Assembly: GCA_041583335.1 (NCBI GenBank)
Contig: JBFHGF010000001.1
Coordinates: 1 to 24,506 of the forward strand
Source of the DNA: Bacteriovoracaceae bacterium
GTDB lineage: Bacteria > Bdellovibrionota > Bacteriovoracia > Bacteriovoracales > Bacteriovoracaceae
DNA: 24,506 nucleotides
Direction: 5' to 3'
This document shows positions 8,487-17,248 of this stretch, piece after piece. The translations under genes and the position numbers were made by a program. Each line of letters begins with the position of its first letter. Positions within the stretch are counted from its first letter, which is position 1. The notes beneath the pieces are model-generated. The model made no database searches. It was not told the DNA's origin and worked only from the letters and a program-made list of their open reading frames with translations.

Positions 8487-9311
8487 ATGGCAAAGTCAGT
8501 AGGTGTTATCGGTTGCGGCAATATGGCCAGTGCAATTGTTACAGGTATCCATGAAGTTTTCCCTGAGGAGAAATTCATAACTTATACCCCTAGCTTTACT
8601 CGTGCCGATGAATTGGCCAAGAAGGTCAAGGGCACGGCCGTGAAGGAGCTAAGTGCTTTAGCGCAATGTGACTACCTCTTGATTGGCTGCAAGCCGCAGC
8701 AATTTGCTGACCTCGCTCAAAATTTGAAAGAGTCTCTTCCTAATCTTAGCGAGAAGTATATCATCTCCATGATGGCCGCTGTCTCTATGGAGTCAATTGA
8801 AAAACATCTGGGAACAAAGGCAATCACTAGGGTCATGCCCAATACTCCCATTCGTCATGGTGAAGGAATTAGCTTACTTCTTCATTCTTTAGTAGCTCAA
8901 AAAGAGAGAGCATCTCAATCTGAATTTGTCGTTAAGGTTTTTGATGCCTGCTCTAAGATTTTTGTGATGAAAGATGAGGAGCAGTTTGACAAGGTTACAA
9001 CCATTTCAGGTTCGGGACCGGCCTATATCTTTTATTTAGCAGAAGTTCTTGCAGATCAATTGAAGGGTTGGGGCTTAGAGGGAAGTGAGGCCACAGATCT
9101 CTCGATTCAACTTATTAGAGGTTCGGTGGAACTTATGGAAAATAGAGGAGATACAACCCTTTCTCAGCTGGTTGATCAAGTGACTTCAAAGAAAGGAGTT
9201 ACCATAGAAGCAGTTGAAGTCTTAAGGAATCAGGGATTAGCAGATCTTGTTAGTCAGGCCTTAGGGGCCGCGTATAAGAGATCGGTAGAGATGTCTAAGG
9301 AATTCTCGTAG
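8487..9311 (+). CDS. proC: Pyrroline-5-carboxylate reductase
   Basis: GVIGCGNMA Rossmann motif, CKPQQ, RVMPNTP, SGSGPAY, VTSKKGVT. Start moved from 8400 to the ATG at 8487 (GAGGT RBS, no overlap with proA). Confidence 0.95.
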   Translation: MAKSVGVIGCGNMASAIVTGIHEVFPEEKFITYTPSFTRADELAKKVKGTAVKELSALAQCDYLLIGCKPQQFADLAQNLKESLPNLSEKYIISMMAAVSMESIEKHLGTKAITRVMPNTPIRHGEGISLLLHSLVAQKERASQSEFVVKVFDACSKIFVMKDEEQFDKVTTISGSGPAYIFYLAEVLADQLKGWGLEGSEATDLSIQLIRGSVELMENRGDTTLSQLVDQVTSKKGVTIEAVEVLRNQGLADLVSQALGAAYKRSVEMSKEFS

Positions 9312-9374
9312 GACTAAATGGGGTTTTCAGGCACAATCTAATTAAAGCGAATTACTTGTTCTCGCTTAAAAATT

Positions 9375-9803
9375 ATGATGAAAAAGAAAATAGCTTTTAT
9401 TTGTCCCCATTGTCCGAGTCGTGCTCAAATGGCCTATGCCTGGGCACAGGAACTTCTTGGTGATAAATACGAATATTTTATCGTCGCCAATTGGCCCAGT
9501 GAAGCTGGACCAGGGACTCCTCTATATTTAGTGTTAGAGGAAAATGGCCTTCAGATTCCTATGGACCTTTGTACTTTCGATTCACTAACTGTGGATAAAT
9601 TCGATATTGTCTTTGAGCTTTCTTCATTGGCCGATGAGTCACTTCCTGAACTAAGAGGGGAGAAGAATATCCATGTTGGACTTGATAGTCCTGACTATCT
9701 AGCGAGGGATTTAGAGTTAGAAGATCAGCTTAAGGTTTTTCGCCGCATTAATGATGAGATTAAGCAGTTTGTCCTACATATTGATCACTACTTAGCTCGA
9801 TAA
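9375..9803 (+). CDS. ArsC/LMW-PTP-fold protein with an atypical active site
   Basis: IAFICPHCPSRAQMAYAW (CX5R P-loop), DIVFEL, HVGLDSP and FRRINDEIK align by eye with thioredoxin-type ArsC, but the resolving cysteines are absent. Start may be 9378. Confidence 0.75.
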   Translation: MMKKKIAFICPHCPSRAQMAYAWAQELLGDKYEYFIVANWPSEAGPGTPLYLVLEENGLQIPMDLCTFDSLTVDKFDIVFELSSLADESLPELRGEKNIHVGLDSPDYLARDLELEDQLKVFRRINDEIKQFVLHIDHYLAR

Positions 9804-9861
9804 GAATTGACTTCGAAATCCCTAAATTATAACTTTTTGCTAAAAGTGAAGAGGGCCTTCA

Positions 9862-12039
9862 ATGAAAGAAATTCGTTATCATATTCAAGGAATGAGTTGT
9901 GCTAGTTGTGCAGCGAGCATCGAGAAAGAAGTTTCTCGTCTAAAAGGTGTTGAGTCGGCCAGTGTGAACTATGCCATGGAAACTGGCGCCTTCAAAATCG
10001 AAGAGGACAGCACAGCTGGTCTAGATCAAGAAATCCAAAAGAAAATTATCGAATTAGGTTTTACTTATTCGACGGAGAAAGTTGAAAAAGAAGAGGGGCA
10101 TGGAATCACCAAGTTCCTTGTAAGCTTTTCCCTGTCTCTGATTATTTTCTTCTTGGCCATGGGCCCAGGAAAGGGCTGGCCGTCGCCCAAAACAAATTGG
10201 TTTATACAGATGATCCTTGCCGCTCCTGTGTGGCTGTGGATTGGATTTAAGTTTCAAAAGAGTATGATGGAATTCTTTCGCACGGGAAGATCCAATATGA
10301 ATACTCTAATCGGACTTGGGACTTCAAGTGCATTTATCTATAGCTTATTTATTACGATTTTCAATGATGTCTCGCTTGAAATAGGAATGACACAGAAAGT
10401 GTATTTTGAAGCGGTCGGATTCATTATTTCCTTTGTTTACTTAGGTAACTTCTTTGAAGCAAAGGCCAAGAAGAAAACGAAGAAGGCCCTAAATTCTCTT
10501 TTTCAGCTCTCTTCTAAGTTTGCCTATATTAGGAAAGAGGCCGAGGTTGTTGAAGTACGTGTACAAGATGTAGAAATTGGTGATGTCTTGATTGTAAAGC
10601 CGGGAGAGAAAATTCCGGTTGATGGAAAGGTCGTAAAAGGGGAGTCGTCGGTTGACGAGTCCATGCTAACCGGTGAACCCATTCCTGTCGCTAAAAAGGT
10701 TGGGGATAAGCTCTTTTCCGGAACGATAAATGGAGAAGGGGTTATCGAGTATAAGGCCCAAAAGGTAGGACCGGATACTTTCCTCTCTAGTATTATTAAG
10801 TTTGTTGAAGAGGCACAGAATTCAAAACCAGAAATTCAGCTCTATGCCGATAAGGTGAGCTCCATTTTTACTCCCGTTGTAGTGGGAATTGGTATTTTGA
10901 CTTTTGTGCTTTGGTTCTTCTTTGGGCCAGCGCCTGCTTGGGGTAATGCCATCTCTAACTTTATTGCTGTTATGGTTATTGCTTGTCCTTGTGCTCTTGG
11001 GCTGGCCACCCCTACTGCTGTTGTCGTGGCCACGGGCAAGGCATCGCTAAATGGTATTTTAATCAGTGGTGGTGCCGTTTTAGAAAAGGCGGTGGATATC
11101 GATGCTATTATTTTTGATAAGACGGGAACGTTAACTCAAGGGAAACCGTCAGTAATTGATTTTAAATTCAATGCTACTGGAGAGTTGGCCGTGCTCAAAG
11201 TTGTGGCCGCATTAGAACAGTATTCGGAGCATATCATTTCCAAGGCCATTAATCAGTATGCCAAAGATAGAGGGGTTGAGCTTGTCGACCCTGACTCCTT
11301 TCAAGTCGTAAAAGGAAGAGGAATCGAAGGTGAGGTTGAAGGTACTGCGATTCTGGTAGGAAATTCGGAGTTTCTTCAAGAGAGAAGTGTTTCTTTGGAT
11401 GAATCATTAAATTCAACAAAGGTTGGAACTGAAGTTTTCATTGCTCAGGACTCTCAGCATATAGGAACTTTGATTATCGGAGATGAAGTCAAAGAGGAAG
11501 TAAAGGCCGTTCTTAGTGCGATAAAAGAAAAGGGGATCAAAACCATTCTGATGACGGGTGATAATGAAAGGGTTGCCAATCAGGTGTGTGCCGAAGTGGG
11601 AATAGATGAATACTACGCCCATTGCATGCCCATGGATAAATCTGCCAAGGTTGAATCTTTACAGAAAGAGGGACATAGGGTCGCTATGATTGGAGACGGA
11701 ATTAATGATGCTCCGGCCTTGGCCAAAGCTAATTTGAGTATCGCCATGGGCACAGGAACTGATGTTGCGATTAATGCTTCAGATGTAACCCTAGTAAAAG
11801 GTGACCTGAGAAAATTTCTCGCCTTTATGGACCTAAGCTACAAAACGATGGGGATTATTAAGCAGAATCTTTTTCTCTCCCTTATATACAATACCCTCCT
11901 CATTCCAGTTGCGGCCGGAATTCTTGTCCTCTTTAATGGACCAATGATGCCGCCTGTTTTGGCCAGTATTGCCATGGGGATGAGTAGTATTTCTGTAGTG
12001 AGCAATAGCTTGAGAATTAAATTTAATAATAATATTTGA
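9862..12039 (+). CDS. copA: Heavy-metal P1B-type ATPase, Cu(I)-type (CopA-like)
   Basis: N-terminal HMA GMSCASC, TGEP, CPC (375-377), DKTGT (Asp419), [13 protein letters not shown] (LIYNTL) and MGMSS transmembrane motifs typical of the P1B-1 subgroup. Confidence 0.92.
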   Translation: MKEIRYHIQGMSCASCAASIEKEVSRLKGVESASVNYAMETGAFKIEEDSTAGLDQEIQKKIIELGFTYSTEKVEKEEGHGITKFLVSFSLSLIIFFLAMGPGKGWPSPKTNWFIQMILAAPVWLWIGFKFQKSMMEFFRTGRSNMNTLIGLGTSSAFIYSLFITIFNDVSLEIGMTQKVYFEAVGFIISFVYLGNFFEAKAKKKTKKALNSLFQLSSKFAYIRKEAEVVEVRVQDVEIGDVLIVKPGEKIPVDGKVVKGESSVDESMLTGEPIPVAKKVGDKLFSGTINGEGVIEYKAQKVGPDTFLSSIIKFVEEAQNSKPEIQLYADKVSSIFTPVVVGIGILTFVLWFFFGPAPAWGNAISNFIAVMVIACPCALGLATPTAVVVATGKASLNGILISGGAVLEKAVDIDAIIFDKTGTLTQGKPSVIDFKFNATGELAVLKVVAALEQYSEHIISKAINQYAKDRGVELVDPDSFQVVKGRGIEGEVEGTAILVGNSEFLQERSVSLDESLNSTKVGTEVFIAQDSQHIGTLIIGDEVKEEVKAVLSAIKEKGIKTILMTGDNERVANQVCAEVGIDEYYAHCMPMDKSAKVESLQKEGHRVAMIGDGINDAPALAKANLSIAMGTGTDVAINASDVTLVKGDLRKFLAFMDLSYKTMGIIKQNLFLSLIYNTLLIPVAAGILVLFNGPMMPPVLASIAMGMSSISVVSNSLRIKFNNNI

Positions 12040-12047
12040 GGACCTTT

Positions 12048-12533
12048 ATGAAACTAATCACTCTTTCACTTCTCTTTCTTTTTGTTATTACCGCACAAGG
12101 ACGAACAGACCTTAAGGGAGAAGATCAGAAGTCTGTTCTTCATGTTCTAGAGATTAATGAGTCTCTTCATAAGAATTTCTTCGACTATAAGGGATCTTTG
12201 GTTGAAGAAGATGCTAAGAGACTAGAGCTGGCCATTGCTCAAATTAAGAATAAAGAATTGAGTAAATTATTGAAAGAAACTCGATCAGAGCTCTCTAAAA
12301 TTAAAAGTGCTCAAGAGAGAGAAGAGAATAATGTCGCCTATCACAAAGCAAGTCTTGGGCTTATCAAATTATTAGAGCAGTATAATCCAGGTAAGAGGTA
12401 TAATGCTTACTCTTGTCCTATGGTTAAAAAGAAGTGGGTTCAAAATAGTGAAGATAAGCTTCGCGTTCATAATCCCTATGCCCCTGAAATGCCCCATTGT
12501 GGTCAAAGAGATACTGAGTACGGTGAGGAATAA
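12048..12533 (+). CDS. Exported DUF3347-like putative metal-binding protein
   Basis: Signal peptide, helical core and C-terminal YSCPM...KWVQ...VHNPY..EMPHCG motif as in DUF3347 proteins. Start set at ATG 12048 (GAGG RBS) instead of TTG 12036. Confidence 0.7.
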   Translation: MKLITLSLLFLFVITAQGRTDLKGEDQKSVLHVLEINESLHKNFFDYKGSLVEEDAKRLELAIAQIKNKELSKLLKETRSELSKIKSAQEREENNVAYHKASLGLIKLLEQYNPGKRYNAYSCPMVKKKWVQNSEDKLRVHNPYAPEMPHCGQRDTEYGEE

Positions 12534-13276
12534 TGGAGGCCATTTACTCTAAAGATTATATTGTCGATACATTCACTTCAAATTCTCATAAGAGATTAGG
12601 TTTACTCGGCCTTGTGGGGATTTTGCAAGATATCGCAAGTTTTCATAGTAAAGATGCGGGTTTTGGTACTGAAGAGATGTTATCCAAAGGGGTCTTCTGG
12701 GCCTTGATTCGTAAAAGCATTAAAATGCAGAAGTGGCCTGCTCTTTTTTCACTAATTACGGTGAAAACTTGGTCTCGCATGCCGGATTCATTCTATGCTT
12801 ACCGTGACTTCGAGATTTATCATGAAGGAGAGCTTATTGGCTCGGCGACAACCACCTGGGTGACTCTCAATGTGAAAAGTCGACGACCTTGTGAGCTTCC
12901 CCTGGAGGACCTAACGATCACTCCTCGAACGCAGGGCTGTCTAGACTACTTCGCAAGTAAAGTGAAATTTTCAGAGCAACTTAGTCAGGTAACAGAGTTT
13001 ACTACACGCAATTCAGACCTAGACCTTAATGGTCATGTGAATAATACCAAATATACCCAATGGATTTTGGACTCTGTCGATTACAAACACCACGATTCCA
13101 AGCTTATCTCAGAGTACCATATCAATTTTCTCAGTGAAGTGAAGCTAGGAGATAAGATCGAAGTCTATCGAGATAGTGAAAATAGTGACGCTCTATCAAA
13201 AGTCAGCTTTGTAGGAAAAGTTCCCGATCACAAGAAGCCAAGTATGGTCGTAGCGCTTCATTATAGAGTAAAATAA
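12533..13276 (+). CDS. Acyl-ACP thioesterase (double hotdog fold)
   Basis: LQDIASFH, FWALIR, VKTW, YRDFEI, ATTTWV, RNSDLDLNGHVNNTKYTQW catalytic motif; 1-nt TAATG overlap with the previous gene. Confidence 0.9.
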   Translation: MEAIYSKDYIVDTFTSNSHKRLGLLGLVGILQDIASFHSKDAGFGTEEMLSKGVFWALIRKSIKMQKWPALFSLITVKTWSRMPDSFYAYRDFEIYHEGELIGSATTTWVTLNVKSRRPCELPLEDLTITPRTQGCLDYFASKVKFSEQLSQVTEFTTRNSDLDLNGHVNNTKYTQWILDSVDYKHHDSKLISEYHINFLSEVKLGDKIEVYRDSENSDALSKVSFVGKVPDHKKPSMVVALHYRVK

Positions 13277-13322
13277 ATTTAATTATATTACATATTTAAA
13301 TGAATTTTACCGATCAGAATAT

Positions 13323-15125
13323 ATGCCCTTTTTTAATAAGTTGAAATTAATTGTTAGACAGTTGGACTATAATTTATGGCTGTCCATTTGTCTTATTATT
13401 ACAGGAGCGCTCCTCTCATTTTATTACGGCAGTAATTTAGAGAAAGCGATGAGTTTTGCTCTTAATGATCAGTCGGTTATTTTGAGAACTCTCAATGATA
13501 TCGAAAAATTTGAGATTAGAATAAAGAATCATTTCTATCTCGGTGATAAGAATAGAGAAAACCTAAATTTAGAAGAGATCAAGAACTTAAGAATAGAAAT
13601 TGATTACCTTTTAAAGTCTCTAGCGGAGAAAGAAAAGTACCCACGAATCAAGTTACTTAAGAGAAGGTGGGAAAAGGAAGTCTCTACTATTTCAGAGATT
13701 TTGAATGTTATTGATAAAGAGCATATCGATTTTAGAAATCTAGAATCTTTCCTCTATTCATTTAAGGAATTATCTCAAGAAACTTTGGCCAATAATCAAG
13801 AAACGAAAAGCTTTGAAGTCGTAAAGTTAAAGTTATTGAGAATCTTTACGATCTCTATTATTACATTCGCCTTCTTTCTTATTTTAAGAAAACTGGTTTA
13901 TTTTAAGTTAGAAGCGGACATGATGAATATCTACTTTGATGAGACCATCAAAGGTCTGCCTCGAACTAAAATGTTCTTAAATCATCGCTCAATGTATTCC
14001 TTGAAAAAGAAGATTGACCAGCAAAATGAAAACTTCCTTTTGCTAAAAGATCAATGTGATGACTATCTCAATATTATTAAAGAGACTTTTATCGTTTGTC
14101 GTCCTGATTTTACGATTACCAAGTGCTCTAAAGAGATACGTGAGCTTGTGGGGTGGGAGTCATTTGAGTTAGAGAATAAGAAGTTATCTTTTCTCTTTGA
14201 GAGGAAAGAAGATTTTGAAGATTTGGAACTGAAGTACTATCAAAATGGAAAGAAACTCTTCAATATACCCTTACGCTGTCAAACCAGTACCGGTGTGCTG
14301 GTAAATGTACAGGGAACTTTTGTTGATTACTACGATAAAATTTTACACAAGAATATCATCCTAATCATCCTGAAAGATGGTACGGCCGAAATGAAGGTGG
14401 AAGAGCTAACCGAGAAATCAAAACATCTCTTTCACAATAGTAAAATGGCCTCCCTAGGTGAGATGTCTGGTAGTATTGCCCATGAAATCAATAACCCTCT
14501 TATGATTATAAAGGGATCGGTAAGTCGCCTTAGTAAAGTTCTCCTGAGAGAGGGGAATTATAGTGAGCCTGTAGAGATTTTATTAGATCGCCTTAACCGA
14601 ATGATTGAGAGGGTAAGTTCCATTATCTATGTTATGCAAAGTTTTGGAGATAGTGGAGACAGAACAGAAAAAGAATTTGTTCTCGTTAAGGATCTTATTG
14701 TTACTCTCTTAGAGTTACACGCGCAGAAACTACGTTCAAAAGGTATTCGTATCGACTTTTCTCTTTCTAACCCTGATATACAAGTTAAAATAAATAAGTC
14801 AGATATTGATCAGGCCTTAATGAATATCTTTACCAATGCGGTCGAAGGAATTACGCAATCGGGAGCAGATTCGGGTAATATCTCGCTTCGAGTTGTCTTT
14901 GAGAAAGAGCAGCTCTATATGCTCATTCGCAATGATGGAGCACCCATCGAAAAGCATTTGGCCTCTAAGATTTTTGAGCCTTTCTTTTCTTCAAAGGATA
15001 AGGGAACAGGAATGGGGTTGGCCATTGCCCATACTCTATGTCAGCGCAATGAAGTGGATTTGCGCTTAGACTGCCTATACCCCGTAACCTTTAGGCTTGA
15101 ATTCTATGGTGCTACCAAAGTATAG
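13323..15125 (+). CDS. Membrane sensor histidine kinase (2 TM, periplasmic helical domain, PAS-like, HisKA, HATPase)
   Basis: Two hydrophobic segments around a periplasmic region, a PAS-like segment, H-box LGEMSGSIAHEINNPL, N-box QALMNIFTNA, NDG, FEPFFSSK and GTGMGL. Confidence 0.93.
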   Translation: MPFFNKLKLIVRQLDYNLWLSICLIITGALLSFYYGSNLEKAMSFALNDQSVILRTLNDIEKFEIRIKNHFYLGDKNRENLNLEEIKNLRIEIDYLLKSLAEKEKYPRIKLLKRRWEKEVSTISEILNVIDKEHIDFRNLESFLYSFKELSQETLANNQETKSFEVVKLKLLRIFTISIITFAFFLILRKLVYFKLEADMMNIYFDETIKGLPRTKMFLNHRSMYSLKKKIDQQNENFLLLKDQCDDYLNIIKETFIVCRPDFTITKCSKEIRELVGWESFELENKKLSFLFERKEDFEDLELKYYQNGKKLFNIPLRCQTSTGVLVNVQGTFVDYYDKILHKNIILIILKDGTAEMKVEELTEKSKHLFHNSKMASLGEMSGSIAHEINNPLMIIKGSVSRLSKVLLREGNYSEPVEILLDRLNRMIERVSSIIYVMQSFGDSGDRTEKEFVLVKDLIVTLLELHAQKLRSKGIRIDFSLSNPDIQVKINKSDIDQALMNIFTNAVEGITQSGADSGNISLRVVFEKEQLYMLIRNDGAPIEKHLASKIFEPFFSSKDKGTGMGLAIAHTLCQRNEVDLRLDCLYPVTFRLEFYGATKV

Positions 15126-15199
15126 AAATTCAATAAATTTATCGCAAATTCAAGAGGAATTCCCTTTGCAACCTCCTTTGTGCACTTTAGAATATTGGA

Positions 15200-16390
15200 A
15201 TGAAAAGGAATTTCTTAATCACTATTGCAAGCACGGCCAGTTTTTTATCGACGATGGCCTTTGGTGCACAAGAAAAAAATGATCTTGAGGCCTTAAAGTT
15301 AAAAGTTGAAAAACTAGAACAGAAGCTTTTGCTAGAAGATCACAACTCTGGAAATGTCTCCTCCTTTGAAGCTCAACACTTAAATATTGGTGGCTATTTC
15401 AATCTTACGGGTACCAGCTGGAATCTTCCACATAGTAAAAATCAATATAACTTTGATGAAGTTGAGTTCGGTCTCATGATTAGAGGGCAAGTTAATCCCT
15501 CTCTTTCCTTTTTTACTCATATTGAATTTGAGCAAGAAGTACAGATTATAAATAACCACGCTCCCTTTCGTTCTTTCCAGGATGTCGAAACACAGGTTGA
15601 TCCGGAAGATGTTATTTTAACTTATGATGCTAGTGATGACCTCTCCTTTAGTATGGGAGCCCTGATTACTCCCTTCGGAGTGAGCAATAGGGAACATTTT
15701 GATTTCCTACGTTGGCAAAATGAAAAACCCTTGGCCCTAAGAGAAAATAGTGGAGATTTTATTTTCTTTGATGATCACGTTATGGGGGTTTCCGTAAATT
15801 ATAATTACAACCTGCAACGGGGTTTTATTGAAAGCTCCCTCTATGCTGGGTCCAGTAATGTGGGAGCGAGCCGCATTGTGAATGGTTATAGACTGGGGTA
15901 TCGCTCTGAGAATGGACAGCTCAAAGTAGGAACCAGTATGCAGACAGGACAGAGGGCCGCTCACGATCGATACTATACTTTCGGATTCGATGCTAAGGTT
16001 GAACTAGGCGCCTTTGGAATGAGATCAGAATTCTTTTTTACTGACCTGAGACCCGGAGTCTACGGGCAGGATAGTAATCCCATGTCATTCTATTTTGAAC
16101 CTTGGTATCACTTAGTCCATAACCGACATGTTCTCTATGGAAGAGTTGACTACTTACATGACACAATCGGATTGTATAAAGTTGATCACGACAGAAATAG
16201 CGCAACATCAGCGATAGTTGACCCTGTAGAACTCTACGAGTTCACTTTGGGATATAACTACTTACCTTGGCCATATTGGAGGATATCCTTTGGGGTGACT
16301 CAGTCGCAGTATGTGGGGAAGCATTCTCATTTAAATGGAGAAAAGCGTGACTTCACAAGTTTAGAGTGGGGGACAGTATTAAGTTTTTAA
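15200..16390 (+). CDS. Outer-membrane beta-barrel, porin-like (resembles phosphate-selective-porin-like families)
   Basis: Signal peptide, short coiled coil (DLEALKLKVEKLEQKL), GGYF, SFFTHIEFE, G.LITPFG..N..H, alternating amphipathic strands, C-terminal Phe. Confidence 0.75.
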   Translation: MKRNFLITIASTASFLSTMAFGAQEKNDLEALKLKVEKLEQKLLLEDHNSGNVSSFEAQHLNIGGYFNLTGTSWNLPHSKNQYNFDEVEFGLMIRGQVNPSLSFFTHIEFEQEVQIINNHAPFRSFQDVETQVDPEDVILTYDASDDLSFSMGALITPFGVSNREHFDFLRWQNEKPLALRENSGDFIFFDDHVMGVSVNYNYNLQRGFIESSLYAGSSNVGASRIVNGYRLGYRSENGQLKVGTSMQTGQRAAHDRYYTFGFDAKVELGAFGMRSEFFFTDLRPGVYGQDSNPMSFYFEPWYHLVHNRHVLYGRVDYLHDTIGLYKVDHDRNSATSAIVDPVELYEFTLGYNYLPWPYWRISFGVTQSQYVGKHSHLNGEKRDFTSLEWGTVLSF

Positions 16391-16890
16391 GGACTTTCTT
16401 TTTCAAGAGCCTATTACTGCTCATTAGTTTCGTTGTAGTAACTCCTGTTGCCGTTGCTAAGGATTCTGATGTTGCTAAAGAGAAGGCCATTAGCAAGAAA
16501 GAAGAATTGAAAAAGTGGGTTGTTGTTGTGCATGCAGATAATCCCATTGATCAAATTACGCTCACAAACTTAAGACGCTACCTCCTAAAGGAAAATATTT
16601 ATTGGTCCAAAAACTTCCAAGTGGTGCCCATCATTATGGACAGCAGCGATCCACGCTTTAATGATTTTACAACCCTCTTCCTCAGCTTTTCTCAAGCGCA
16701 ATATCCAAGGTTCTGGATTGAGCAAAAATTTACGAGAGGTTTAACAAGACCAAAAGAAGGGGATGTTAAAACTACTTTAAAGCTAATTGGTATTCTAAAA
16801 GGTGGAATATCTGTTATTCCTGAAAAGGATTGGAATCATCTAGAAAGACCTTCTGTGAAGTCTGTAGATATAATCTTCGATGAAAAATAA
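16366..16890 (+). CDS. Short exported protein resembling a partial phosphate-binding (PBP2/PstS-like) domain
   Basis: GTG start overlapping the porin end; signal peptide ending VAVA; VVVVHADNPIDQITLTNLRRYLL...W, FW...F..G...P and GGISVIP resemble small 'phosphate ABC substrate-binding-like' proteins. The start is uncertain. Confidence 0.6.
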   Translation: MGDSIKFLRTFFFKSLLLLISFVVVTPVAVAKDSDVAKEKAISKKEELKKWVVVVHADNPIDQITLTNLRRYLLKENIYWSKNFQVVPIIMDSSDPRFNDFTTLFLSFSQAQYPRFWIEQKFTRGLTRPKEGDVKTTLKLIGILKGGISVIPEKDWNHLERPSVKSVDIIFDEK

Positions 16891-17248
16891 ATGTATCGTC
16901 ATTATTGCTTTTGTCGCGGGGTGTATGCTCTGTTTTTGGGGCCACGAATGGTTTTCCCTCTCTGCTGTTGTCTCATCGTGCCTTGTTGGTCTTCTTGGGA
17001 GTTTTGTTACCAGTAAGAAATATCCTATCGTCAACTCGTGCCCAGCTGCTATCTATAGTGGATCTTTTGCGGGTATGTGCTCGGCCACCATGATTAAATC
17101 TTTTGGAGAGTTATTTTCGGTAGCGCTAATTGGGGGAATTACTTATATATCTCTAGATTGCTATTTTAAAGGTATAGGTGGCAAACTGGGGACCGTGGCC
17201 TTTACTTCTGTTGCTATATTCTATCTTTTGAATAAAGGATTTCTCTGA
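16880..17248 (+). CDS. Small multi-pass membrane protein of unknown function (paralog A)
   Basis: About four hydrophobic segments; motifs AIYSGSFAGM and FKGIGGKLGTVAF; overlaps both neighbours. Confidence 0.8.
   Translation: MKNKCIVIIAFVAGCMLCFWGHEWFSLSAVVSSCLVGLLGSFVTSKKYPIVNSCPAAIYSGSFAGMCSATMIKSFGELFSVALIGGITYISLDCYFKGIGGKLGTVAFTSVAIFYLLNKGFL

Noticed and set aside
4585-8578. Short ORFs at 4585, 6011, 6066, 6573, 8049, 8057 and 8339
   Set aside because: All are nested in or antisense to well-supported genes and have no independent coding signal.
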